Below, piece by piece: positions 1 through 12,550 of a DNA stretch of 64,000 bases (positions are counted from its first letter, which is position 1; every line of letters starts with the position of its first letter). The DNA comes from Mytilus trossulus (Eukaryota): assembly GCF_036588685.1 (NCBI RefSeq), contig NC_086379.1, positions 62,930,001 through 62,994,000 on the forward strand. The letters are read 5' to 3'. The notes below the pieces were generated by a model that made no database searches, had not been told where the DNA came from, and was given only the letters and a program-made list of their open reading frames with translations. The translations under genes and the position numbers were made by a program.

Positions 1-1924
1 TGTTCAGCTAGCCATCGAGCAAACACAATATATTAGCTTTAACCACACACTCAATGCATTTTGCTGTACAATCTATTCAAGAACATGAATGTTGTTGTAT
101 CTGACGTAGTGATAGTCGTTAATATAGTGTAGGCACGACTACACATACTTATTTTGATGGCTTATTAGTCAAAAAATCTTAAGTGGATTCATTTATATTT
201 TTTTCAAAACGCGTTTTTTAAACCATGTTAAGCGATATTTCCGTCCTTTTTCTGTTTGATGTATTTTTTATATTAAAGTTGGGAAGATAAAAAATATAAA
301 CTCGGGACTTTTCGTAAATCGAATTGATGAACAGAGTTGAAAAAAAATCAAGAATCAGTAAACTTGACAATCTGCGAAAAGCATACAGTGAGATCATTAT
401 CAACAGTAACATACTTTTGCTTTGCCAAGAAATGGACAACTATTTAATGTAATAAAAGCTCAAATCAAACAGGCTACAAGGATAATATTTTTTATTATTT
501 ATTTTTAATTTCTTCTATTTCAACTTACTAATACAATTCAATTTAATATACATGTAACAGCTTGAAATTGTTGAAACATGGAAATGTATTTATTACAAGT
601 TATTGATGTTTCGATGAAAAATGTATGTTCTTTGAAAACCGTATTTAGCTTCCTCGTAATGAAGTGGTGGAATGCCAACCCTTGCTTCCAAAAATTTATA
701 AAAATACATTTTTTTAAATTATTTTTCTCTGCTTTTTTGTTTTATTTCCATGAATGCATATATTGTAATATACATTGAAAAGCTTGTATGTTTAATTTGT
801 TTTATGATTTATTGTATAATTTATAAATTGATCTGCAGGTTTTGTCTTAGTTATAAAGTATTTTTTTAATGATTTAACAGGTTCCGATATACTTTATTGT
901 TTACATGACAGTAATTGGTTTTCGTATCAGATATTTAAACTAATTAAAAGAAAAAAACTATAATTGTTTTCTGTAATTTAGAATTTATTTTGTATATGTT
1001 ATACTTGTTGAAATCATTCCATAGTTTAAGAATAAACATATATAATGTAATAAAATAATCAAAGTAATGCAGTGTATTGTATATTTATTGCCTATTTCTA
1101 ATACATGTGGGTCAGGGCAGACACACGAAAGACAGTATGGGGAGTCTAAGTCAGATTATTAAACGTTAATTAAATCATATGGTCGTTTCCCCCTCACGCG
1201 ATGAGAGCATAATTATCATAGAAAAGAAAGGATATGTCGTATGTATCAATCCATGACACAACATAAGATGCACATAAAAAAAAACACAAATGCAAAGAAA
1301 CAGCGGTTTTATTACAGTTCTTTTTATTAGATTGACAATTCCGAAGGGACTACAGAAAAGTGCAAATATAACTATATATATAAATTCCACCAATGAAAAC
1401 AATATACTCAAATCTACAAACCAAATGCAAGTTTTCGTTGTTTTCATTGGTAGATATTACATAAGTCTGTCTAAGATATATTCACACGGGATGACCTACC
1501 TGCCGGCTGATGTTTTACGCATGTTTTGACCATTGTTAAAGGTATTACTAATATTATTATGAAAAAAAAGAAACTTTCATGTCGTTCAGTTGCAAAAGAT
1601 TACTTTCCATCGATAATTTCCATTATACCGACTAAAACTTAATTTTGGCTGGTTTTCACTACACTTAAGTGCAAACCCTGATGTCGGACATAATGTATAT
1701 TTACAGACATACACAAGTTATACGAAAGCAAGAGGGAGGCAAATAACATAAATTAAAGTATATGGACACCTACGGGTGCGGGAATTCTCGCTACATTGAA
1801 GACCCATTGGTTGCCTTCGGCTGTTGTCTGCTCTATGGTCGGGTGGTTGTCGCTTTGACATATTCACCATTTCCTTTCTCAATTTTATATACATATAAAA
1901 CAAAATGATATCTAGAAAATGAGT

Positions 1925-2550
1925 TATCCAGGAGGTTTTATATGCATATTGACTAGTCTTATAAAGCGTAATTTGTTTAAAATAGGGGAGAAAGGTACCA
2001 GAGAGACAGTCAAACTCGTAGATCGAACATAAACTGAAAACGCCATGACTAAAAAACAAACAGACAATTAATAGTACACAGGACACAACATAGAAAACTA
2101 AAGGCTAAGCAACATTAAGATCAGAGAGAATTTAACTATTCATCAGATCATTAAATTTCATTTATTGAATAAGGTTGTATATCTTTTGAGAGCATTAGCA
2201 CCGTGCACTTCCTATCCCTTCACGACAGAATGAATAAAAAGCAGTGCATTATCGTATGCCATGGAAAAACAATAACACAAAACAGTATAACGACTATATT
2301 CTGTTAAAATCATCGCTCATAAAAATATACATAAAAATATATTAAGCTAAAGGATATCAAGGACATGAGTTACACAGGAGAGCCTACATGTATACTGACT
2401 AGTCTTATAGATTTGCATAAGTTGTTGAGATCAGAGAGAATTTTACTATTCATCACTTCATTAAATTTCATTTAATAAATTAAGTTGAATATCTTTTGAG
2501 AGCATCAACACCGTACACTTTCTTACCCTACACGACATAATGAATAAAAA
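1925..2550. repeat. Local tandem duplication; first copy interrupted by a family C insertion
   Basis: AGATCAGAGAGAATTT..ATGAATAAAAA at 2118-2240 and 2428-2550. Upstream TGACTAGTCTTATA at ~1950 and ~2396. Confidence 0.8.
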
Positions 2551-2821
2551 AAAAACCAGCTGCACCATGAGCGCATGATACGTCCGTCGCGTTTTCAAAG
2601 ATTAGAGTTCAATGACTTCTCAATTAAAAATTAAAAAAAACTAAAGTGAGATTATCTTTGTAGATGTAAATCAGTCATCAAAGTTTAAGGACAACTGCTC
2701 AAAGCATTGTTTAGTTATATACTTTTTATGAATAAAATCCAATAACTCAGGAAAAGTAAATCTAAAATAATGAGTAATTGTCCGAAAGCCCCATAACTAG
2801 TAAACGTAAAATCTGCTCAAT

Positions 2822-3116
2822 GAAATTAACGGTACCAATTTTCTTGCACCAGATGCGCATTTCGCCATTACATGTCTCTTCAGTGATGCTCGTGGCCAAA
2901 ATATTTAAAATCCAAAGCTTATATAAAAGATGAAGAGCTATAATCCAAAAGGTCCAAAAAGTATAGCCAAATCCGTGAAAGGAATCAGAGCTTTGCATGA
3001 GGGAGATACATTCCTTAATTTATAATAATTTCTAATATTTTGTAACAGCAAATTTAAATAACACAAAAAATCCGTATTTTCATGCCAGTACCGAAGTACT
3101 TGCTACTGGGCTGGTG
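2822..3116 (-). mobile_element. Retrozyme-like element, subfamily 2, partial
   Basis: Contains hammerhead 2846-2889. Distal end shares CCAGCCCAGTAG-CA-(C/T)ACTTCGGT with the main family. Confidence 0.65.
2846..2889 (-). ncRNA. Type I hammerhead ribozyme, second subfamily (CUGAAGA core, AUC site)
   Basis: Minus strand reads GCATCA-CTGAAGA-GAC(ATGTAAT)GGC-GAAA-T(GCGC)A-TC-TGGTGC. Stems I and III co-vary relative to the main family. One mismatch in stem II. Confidence 0.78.
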
Positions 3117-3454
3117 AGTATTTTTGATTTCTTGTCCGAAAACTGGAAAATCACAATTTTAGTAATTAATAAAAGGCCACAAATCTAAAATTTATCAATT
3201 ATCGAAGGGAGCTCATGTCAATATTATCATGTTATAAAATCAAATACATTCAACAAATCGAGAGAAAAAAACAATGAAAACTTCAGGCTTAAGAATCTGA
3301 TTGATTGTTATTTGGTAAATGTCCAGTGGCAAATGTTACATCCATATTTCGGGAACGATTATAGATCAACACGTTTACAATAGGTTTACCTTTAAAGGGA
3401 TCGACAGGGATTAAGGTCTGGTCACTTAGACTTTTGACATCTGGTAGTAACTGG

Positions 3455-3535
3455 GATGAAGGACTAGTCACTTAAATGAAGGACTAGTCACTTAGATGAA
3501 GGACTGGTCACTTAGATGAAGGACTGGTCACTTAG
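3455..3535. repeat. 20-bp minisatellite, 4 copies
   Basis: (RATGAAGGACTRGTCACTTA)4. Confidence 0.92.
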
Positions 3536-5933
3536 ACTTCTGATACCTAGTTGTAAAATATATGCAAAGTTAGAGTTCGCCCAAGGCTGTGCGGATGTAT
3601 AATTACGCAACCATGTGCAGTTGGATTGTAAAGTTTAAATTCAATACCTCTTTAGAAGGTTGTTGTAAGCTAAAATTCCTGTTACTATCCAACTTCCCTA
3701 TTTTTCTAGGGACTTAAGAGCTTTTCATCACGATCGACTTACTCTGAAGAAGCTTTAGTTATTGGATTTATTATAAGTTTATCACAGTTCAGAAAAGGCA
3801 TGCTGACTTAAAAATCAAACAACAGAAAATCCATTATTGTTTTTTAAGGACTTTTTTGTTGTAAGTGTTAACTTTCTTGAAGGTTTCAAGACAAGACAGT
3901 CTCAAATCTTCATTATATAAAACATACAAACTGTTGATAAAACAACATCATAAAACATACAAGAGCCACTCTAAAAAGAGTTATGAGAGATTAAAATGTA
4001 TATACAGTATCATGTGGGGTTTTATTCTAATTTTTATTGACAGCTTTTTTAAGACATGTCTTTACGTGCATTACGTGGTTTTTACTAGACATTGCATCGT
4101 CATCTGGGTTCTTCAAACTTAAAAATCAAAGCTACTTTTCCTTTTTCCTTTTTCCTTTTCATGCTTTTATCTTTTTCATCATGTGATTATTAGCAACAGA
4201 AGTACCCGTTCAAACATTTATCACATGCCTTTTTTAAACACATATACTGAAACTATAATATTTCTAACTAATGTAGAAATTAAATCAATAAAATGTGTTT
4301 AACTGATAGTCTACTTTTTATGTAATTTTGATTCATAATTATGATCCTAGCTTATGATTTTTTAAGAAAAAAAAATATCGAAAGATGCAAACTTTTGATC
4401 AAAGATTACTCCTACCACTTTCATTTTACAATGTCGAACAAAATATTCAGTATATTAATCAATCAACATGGAAGCATGGTCACGATTCAGTCCTCCTCTG
4501 CTCGTGGAGAGGTGGTACTGGATCATAATTCGGGGCAACCGAAAAAAAGCTACCCATCAAAACTAAAAGTAAAAAAACACTTTAAAATAAAAGCTGCATA
4601 ATAGAAGATTTCCTCACATTAACGAAAGAACTAAAACTACACCTAATAATAAGATAATAGCAAATTAAGCCCGATTATATCTCTCTTTCTAATATCTATA
4701 CAAAAGGATTAAAAACATATATTTTTTAAATGTCACAAAAACAAGTTTATGCACTGTTGGGGATAAAAAAAAATCAGTCAGATGTAACACATGTATATGA
4801 ATTTGAAGCACACAAAAATCAATACTATATTTCTTATCAGCTGAAAACAAGGCCAATATTCAGTAAATGAACTATACAGACCACTGATTTAAAAATGAAA
4901 CCGTGACAATTGTTATCTATATTTTCACATTAAATCGTTTTTATGTCTTTTTTAGTCTATGGGTATCGGCATTATGCATTTATACAGAATAACATCAACA
5001 TCATAACATATGAACGACATTTATAACATTTGTGTGCACCTCGTCATATATATTAGTATTACGTCATTTAAATGGTATTATTCTTAGTGTCCAATAAAAA
5101 TAATTTAGATAAATTTAAAATGTAACACATATACATGTAGACAATGCCTGATTCTAAGGTTTAGATCACCTGTACACACATAATATTTATGCCTTTCCGT
5201 CAAGTTTGGTTGAATGTTGCTTCTTCAACGTCCAGTAACTAATATTTCATGCACTTATAAGTTGCAGCCCTAGCTATGTAAAATATTTAAATCAGAAAAC
5301 TAAACATACGATAGGTATGCGCTGCAAATAGGTTCGACGGGTACGATGAAGGTTGTTAGTTTGTATTACCACTGTGAAAAAAAACAGGACCGATTAGCCG
5401 TAGAGCAAAAACTTTGCCAATCTACACTAAAAAATGTTACAAGGGTCGTTTTAGGTTCAGAGAGGACTTTTCACAAATTGCTTGATACAGTTTTAATATG
5501 TTCTTCTGGACTTTTAGCAAAAGATGAAGAAATGTATCGTCCTTCACTCTACTGCATGGATATTCTCGGGAACGCAGTAAGTGTCCTCACAAATAACATT
5601 ATATTTCTTGCATATATTTATTCTATACAACTTCGTTTTGTGTTTGTGTTTGTTTATGATTTATATGTATCACAAGCTTCACTAATTGTTGTATCTTTGT
5701 CTTTTAATTTTGATTATGTGCATCGTATATATGCCTTTTTGTGTTTCTTTATTACATAATTGTTTGTTTTTATGGTAAATAAGATTCTAACACAATGTTA
5801 ACTGCTGTACCCCTATTTGTGACATTTTTACCTGTTATGTCTGTTTGTTTTGTTCATGCATCGTTGTCAATATAACAAAATTTTATGCGACTGTCATACA
5901 AGTGAGATGTTTAGCTAGCTATAAAACCAGGTT

Positions 5934-6027
5934 ACTATTTTGATCTGAGCGTCAATGGTGAGTCTTGTGTAGATGAAACGCGCGTCTGGAGTATTAAGTT
6001 GTAAGCCTGGTACCTTTGAAAACTATT
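5934..6027 (+). mobile_element. Retrozyme fragment with mutated hammerhead, nested in dispersed repeat E
   Basis: Core reads ATGGTGA instead of CTGATGA. Ends ..GGTACCTTTGAAAACTATT. Confidence 0.7.
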
Positions 6028-6807
6028 AATTTCTTTCATTTTCTACATAAGAAAATGCCTGTACAAAGTCAGGAATGTGATAGTTGTTCATTCGTTTGCT
6101 ATGTTTGAGCTTTTAATTTTGACTTTTGATCACAGACTTTCCGTTTTGAATTTTCCTCGTAGTTCGGTATTTTTGTTATTTTACTTTGGGTTAAATTTCT
6201 AAAGACAATGAAAATTTATAGAGTATTATTTGAAATATAGGAAAATAATATACAAGTTTCATAAAATGCAAAATGATATAATCAACACCTTTTTTATCTA
6301 GTATGCAACAAAAAACGATTGAATACAAGAGGCATTTTGTTATTGAAACATTTGACCCACATACTGAGAGAGATTTTCTTCAATCAAAGGACTTTTTCTG
6401 TTTGATATGTAACACATACATCAATATAAACTTTATATATCTTAAACTGACAAACATCTAAGAATGAGCTTTTTTCCAATAAAAGTAAAAATAAAACAAT
6501 TGACGAAAATAATCCAACAAAACAAAAATGAAATGCAAACATATCGATTCAATATGTACATAAAAAAATCGTCACAGATTCAATTACTTAATGATAAAAC
6601 TTTAAAAATAAAGATAATGAATATTAAATCCGTCTTTAATATTTAAAACGAGAGTGAATAGTAATTATATTGCCATGAAAAATAAATGAATGCAAAAGTA
6701 ACATAACCAAAATACCGAATTCCAAGGAAAATTCAAAATTGAAAATCCGTTTTTTAAATTGCAAAACCAAACGACTAATGAAAAACAACTTTCATATTCC
6801 TGACTTG

Positions 6808-7229
6808 TCTATCTGATGAGTTAAGCCTTTTTTTAACTGATTTTTATAGTTCGTTCTTATGTTGTACTGTTATACCACTGTCCCAGGTTAGGGGAGGGTT
6901 GGGATCCCAATAACATGTTTAACCCCGCCACATTATTTATGTATGTGCCTGTCCCAAGTCAGGAACCTGTAATTCAGTGGTTGTCGTTTGTTTATGTGTT
7001 CCATATTTGTTTTTCGTTCATCTTTTTACATAAATAAGGCCGTTAGTTGTTTTGTTTAATTTGTTTTACATTGTCTTATTGGGGCCTTTTATAGCTGACT
7101 ATGCGGTATGGGCTTTGCTCATTGTTGAAGGCCGTACGGTGACCTATAGTTGTTAATGTTTGTGTCATTTTGGTCATTTGTGGATAGTTGTCTCATTTGC
7201 AATCATACCACATCTTCTTTTTTTTTATA
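6808..7229. repeat. Dispersed repeat family F, inserted into a family E copy
   Basis: Splits CCTGACTTG|GTACAG of family E. Fragments also at ~7965-8055, 13100-13310, 26010-26210, 36520-36880 and 53600-53790. Confidence 0.8.
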
Positions 7230-10200
7230 TTGGTACAGACAATTCCTTATGGAGAAAATAGTAGATTTAACCTGATTTCATAGCTAGCTAAACATTTAAC
7301 TTGTACTACAAAACAGCAATTACAAGGAAAGCATTCCTTAGTAATATCTGCCCTAGATATGAATAGAAATATGAATAATCAAAGAAATAAAATACCCAAT
7401 GGTATTTAGTGTCTGTACGAAATCGCATTGATCCGAATTTTGTCTTTAAGTCGTTTGTTAATTGTCGATTTTCCCAAGGTATACTAGACCAGTTATTTTC
7501 AAAAGACAGCATATAGAGTTAGTCTGACTGTACATAAAAGGTTCATCAGAAGGTACAAAGACCTGAGCTTGTTGATAAATATTCTGTATCAACTTCACAA
7601 ATAATACACGATGGTCTTGAAATATAGATTCTGGGTACCGACGTTGTTCATCATCTGATTAACGTGTTATGGTATTCATTTATTTGTCTTTATGAATATG
7701 CTTTTATTGTTTTGTCAGTTCTTTTGGTGGAATACATTTGACGTGACTCTGTACTTATACATCTCGTCATTGTGTTATTGTTATATGATAATTTTGTATT
7801 CTTGTCTTTCATTTTTGCTAATATGCATTTTCTTTATGTCTTTTTGTGTTTCTTGGTTACGTATGACATGGCTCTGCACTTTTACATCCCGTCATTATGT
7901 TATTGTTCTATGATAATTTCTGTATTAGTGTCTTTTCATTTTGCTTATGTACTTTGTGTGTGTATAAAAAAAGAAGATGTGGTATGATAAACAATGAGAC
8001 AACTCTCCACAAGAGACAAAATGACACAAAAATTAACAACTATAAGTCACCGTTAATGTGTGCCTTTTAGTGTGTTTTTTCTTGCATATGACTTGGCTCT
8101 GTACTTATTTATCCCGTCATTGTGTCATGGTAAATGTTTCTTTATATATCTGTTTGTTTTTGTAGTGAATAAGATAATAACACAGTGTTGACTGCTAAAT
8201 TTTTTACATTTTTACCTATTTGGCTAACTGTTTTGTTCACACATTGTAGTCAGTATAATGGAATAAAAAACTGTGAAAATGTCTGTACCAAGTCCGGAAT
8301 ATGACAGTTGTCTTTGTCCAGTCGTTTGATGTGAAGGGACTTTCCGTTTTGAAATTTTTTCGGAGTTCAATATTTTTGTGATTTTACCTTTTTCTATATA
8401 TTTTTCTATGCAATAATGAAAATAATTAATAGCTACTTTTGATTTACAAAAACTCGCTTTTTGGTAGAATTAGATCAATATAGTTTCTAAGTTTCCTAAG
8501 TAGGAAATAAGTGCAAAGATGACTACCTTTCAAACTGTTTTGATTCGATGATCACAAATGAATGTTATGTAAACAAAACGCGTATGACGTCATCAATTTT
8601 AAGCTTGATATCTTCCATAAACGTGGTTTTTACCCCAAAGAAATAGACTGCCATAACCGTTTTGCAATACCTTTTCGGAATTTTTAGGTTTTTTTCCTTC
8701 TGCTTTGAATTTGATCATACTTTTCAACTGTTCATATCCCATTGCCTCAGATGAGTCTCACGTTTATATAACGCGTGTATGGCGTAACAAAATATAAGCC
8801 TAGTAGCTTAGGTTTTCTAGAGTTTTTTTCTCTGTTTGACCTCTTTTAATGATCACAAACCTGTCAATATTATGCATGTAAAAGATCACATTGTTTTATC
8901 ACCTCCAAGTCAAACATTTCATGAATTAATAAGTCGTGAATTTAACATTTTAAGGGCATAACTCCTGTGCACACTTGTGAATTGCTACGAATCAATGCCA
9001 TTTTTGAATTAATGGTATTTCAGATGTGAAGCCTATCTCTTTTTCAAGAATGAATTAGAAACTGTTATAATATTGTTGTCCTGTCATTTCAATTTAGCTA
9101 GCACCAAAACCATGTTCAACACCCGATATTTTCTTAAAATGTCCTTTACCAAGTCAAGAAAATTGCCACTGTTATATTATGGTTCGTTTCTCTGTGTGTT
9201 ACTTTTAAGTGTTGTGTTTCTGTTGTGTCGAATTTTCCTCTTATCTTTGATGTTTTTCACTCAGTTTTAGTTTTAACCCGGATCTGGGTTTTTTTTCACA
9301 ATCGATTTATGAATTTCGAACAGCGGTATTCTACTGCTGCCTTTATTTATAATATAGTGTCGTTTAACAAGTACATGCATATGCTAGCTTTCACAAATGA
9401 AAGAGATAAAAAAAAATTAAATCATTGATTGACATATTGAATATACAATTGCTTATTGTTGAAGACCTTAAGTTGACCTCTGTATGTCTTTTGTTTGTGT
9501 GTTATTGAAGGAAAAAGTTTTATTGAAAAATATTTGTATTTTACACATTGATATGTCAGTTTCTAAACAATAAAAAATAAGATTATAGCTAAATCCGACT
9601 TTCTTAGTTACAGTTACACTTTCTATAAACTCAAAAGGTACAAGGATTAAAATTCTGTACGCAAGAAGCGAGTTACCTCTACAAAAGAATAATCAGTGAC
9701 ACTCGAATAAAAAGAGTTAAACAGGTCAAAGTAAAGTTTAAGTTTGGAGAGCATTTGAAAAATAAAGTTTAGAAAGGTTTGGAAAAATGTAAACCCTCTA
9801 GTTCATCAGATCAAGAGGGTACTGTCAGTTCCATCAAATGTTAAATCAAGAGAGTGAACTATATATTAAGTCAAGAGTGTACCATCCGGTAAATTAAATG
9901 TAGAATCAAGAGAGTGGACTATCTTGTCTATTAAATGTTAAATCGAGAGAGTGTACCGTCTATTCTATCAAATGTTAAATCGAGAGAGTGTACTGTCCGG
10001 TCTATCACATGTTGAGCAAACAGAGTGAACCGTGTAAAACCATGTTTGTTAATTTGTAGAATAAATAACTTTTGAACAGCGGTACACTATATATAGCTAC
10101 AGCTGTCTTTATTTATTTCAAGGATTCAACCAGTCCGGTAGCCTGACAGCATGTAAACTAGTAGAATGAATTCACTATTGAACAGCGGTATATTTCTGAT

Positions 10201-10416
10201 GAGTTTATTTATTCATTAATAGAGTGAACCACATGGTTTAAATTTTTAATCAAGAGAAAAAATTATCTAGTCCAGCAAATGTTTTATTAGAAAAGAGTAT
10301 AATCTGGTCCGAAGCGCATTTCTGGATTTACCTTTATTGGGTCAAAGAGGATGAAATATATTTGATATCCAATGACAACTTTGTACTTGTTTTGCTTTAA
10401 AACTATTTTGATCTAA

Positions 10417-10460
10417 GCGTCACTGATGAGTCTTATGTAGACGAAACGCGCGTCTGGCGT
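10417..10460 (+). ncRNA. Type I hammerhead ribozyme, intact core (predicted cleavage after C10454)
   Basis: GCGTCA-CTGATGA-GTC(TTATGTA)GAC-GAAA-C(GCGC)G-TC-TGGCGT. Stem I is GCGTCA/TGGCGT, stem II is GTC/GAC, stem III is minimal with a palindromic loop, and the triplet is GUC. Confidence 0.88.
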
Positions 10461-10757
10461 ATTAAGTTAAAATCCTTTTACTTTTGATAACTATTTACAC
10501 CATTGAGTCGATGCCACTGCTGGTGGACGGTTCGTCCCCGGGGGTATCACCAGCCCAGTAGTCAGCACTTCGGTGTAGACACGAATATCAATTATATGGT
10601 CATTTTTATAAATTTCTTGTTACAAAAACTTTGAATATTTTCGAAACTTTAAGGATTTCTTATCCCAGGAATATATTACCTTAGTCGTATTTGAAATTTT
10701 TGGTCCTCAATGCTCTTCATCTTTGTACTTGTTTGGCTTCAAACTGTTTTGATCTGA

Positions 10758-10800
10758 GCGTCACTGATGAGTCGTATGTAAACGAAACGCGCGTTTGGCG
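10758..10800 (+). ncRNA. Type I hammerhead ribozyme, second copy of the tandem pair (weakened)
   Basis: CTGATGA and GAAA intact. Stem II is GTC/AAC (one mismatch). GUU triplet ends at 10795. Confidence 0.72.
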
Positions 10801-11159
10801 AATTAAATTTTAATCGTGGTACCTTTGATAACTATATATAAGAACTGAAACAGGTAACAAGCTATATAACCAAAAATGGACATACCAGTACTAGTCAAAT
10901 CCTTGTATGGTCAACTTTTACAATTTTAAATCAAATGTCAAATCAAACACTGTAAAGTAAATAAACTAGTCCATGTAATGTTAAATCAAGAAAATGAACT
11001 TTCAGTTCTATCAAATATGAAATAAAGTGAGAACAATCTAGTCCAGGGTAAAACCAAATCCAGGAGTGGACTATCTTGTACATTGTATATTTAAACTGTT
11101 AAAATCAAAAGATTGAACCATCTACTTCTTAATGGATCAAAGTAAAGAGTAAATAATCT

Positions 11160-12550
11160 ATTCTATAAACTATTAAAATGAAGAAAGTGAACCATCTAGT
11201 TCATATAATATCAAATCAAAGAGTAATATTCTACCCTATAAACTGTTAAAAAGAAGAGAGTGACCCATCTAGTTCATATAATATCAAATCAAAGAGTAAA
11301 CAAACTACCCTATAAACTGTTAAAAAGAAGAGAGTGACCCATTTAGTTCATATAATATCAAATCAAAGAGTAAACAATCTACCCTATAAACTGTTAAAAA
11401 GAAGAAAGTGAACCATCTAGTTCATATAATATCAAATCAAAGAGTAAACATTCTACCATATAAACTGTTAAAAAGAAGAGAGTGAACCATCTAGTTCATA
11501 TAATTTCAAATCAAAGAGTAAACATTCTACCATATACACTGTTAAAAAGAAGAGAGTGAACCATCTAGTTCATATAATATCAAATCAAAGAGTAAACAAT
11601 CTACCCTATGAACTGTTAAAAAGAAGAGAGTGAACCATCTAGTTCATATAATATCAAATCAAAGAGTAAACAATCTACCCTATAAACTGTTAAAAAGAAG
11701 AGAGTGAACCATCTAGTTCATATAATATCAAATTAAAGAGTAAACAATTTACCCTATAAACTGTTAAAAAGAAGAGAGTGAACCATCTAGTTCATATAAT
11801 ATCAAATCAAAGAGTAAACAATCTACCCTATAAACTGTTAAAAAGAAGAGAGTGAACCATCTAGTTCATATAATATCAAATTAAAGAGTAAACAATTTAC
11901 CCTATAAACTGTTAAAAAGAAGAGAGTGAACCATCTAGTTCATATAATATCAAATTAAAGAGTAAACAATTTACTCTATAAACTGTTAAAAAGAAGAGAG
12001 TGAACCATCTAGTTCATATAATATCAAATCAAAGAGTAAACAATCTACCCTATAAACTGTTAAAAAGAAGAGAGTGAACCATCTAGTTCATATAATATCA
12101 AATTAAAGAGTAAACAATTTACCCTATAAACTGTTAAAAAGAAGAGAGTGAACCATCTAGTTCATATAATATCAAATTAAAGAGTAAACAATTTACTCTA
12201 TAAACTGTTAAAAAGAAGAGAGTGAACCATCTAGTTCATATAATATCAAATTAAAGAGTAAACAATTTACCCTATAATCTGTTAAAAAGAAGAGAGTGAC
12301 CCATTTAGTTCATATAATATCAAATCAAAGGGTAAACAATCTACCCTATAAACTGTTTAAAAGAAGAGAGTGAACCATCTAGTTCATATAATATCAAATC
12401 ATTGAGTAAACAATCTACCCTATAATCTGTTTAAATCAAGACAGTTAACAATCTAGTTCATAAAATCTATTCTATAAACTGACAAGTTAAGAGAGTGAAC
12501 CATCTTATTAATACAATACCAGATTTGAGAGTAAACTATCTACCCTATAA
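11160..12550. repeat. Tandem satellite, 74-bp unit, about 18-19 copies
   Basis: Unit CTACCCTATAAACTGTTAAAAAGAAGAGAGTGAACCATCTAGTTCATATAATATCAAATCAAAGAGTAAACAAT. Example starts at 11601 and 11675. Confidence 0.97.

Larger units (their letters stand above)
10375..10835 (+). mobile_element. Retrozyme-like element, about 1.3 monomers with two hammerheads 341 nt apart
   Basis: 10375-10494 is repeated at ~10718-10835. Monomer between cleavage sites is 10455-10795. Inserted in the 37-bp satellite array. Confidence 0.8.

Noticed and set aside
5346-5759. 137-aa ORF
   Set aside because: No domain recognised. The 3' half runs into T-rich family E repeat sequence, and the length is compatible with chance.
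6813-6845. CTGATGAG at the start of family F as another hammerhead
   Set aside because: No GAAA, stem III or NUH triplet follows at a suitable distance.
11160-12550. Regular repeat array as a CRISPR or coding repeat
   Set aside because: No unique spacers, eukaryotic context, the 74-bp unit is not a multiple of 3, and stops are frequent.
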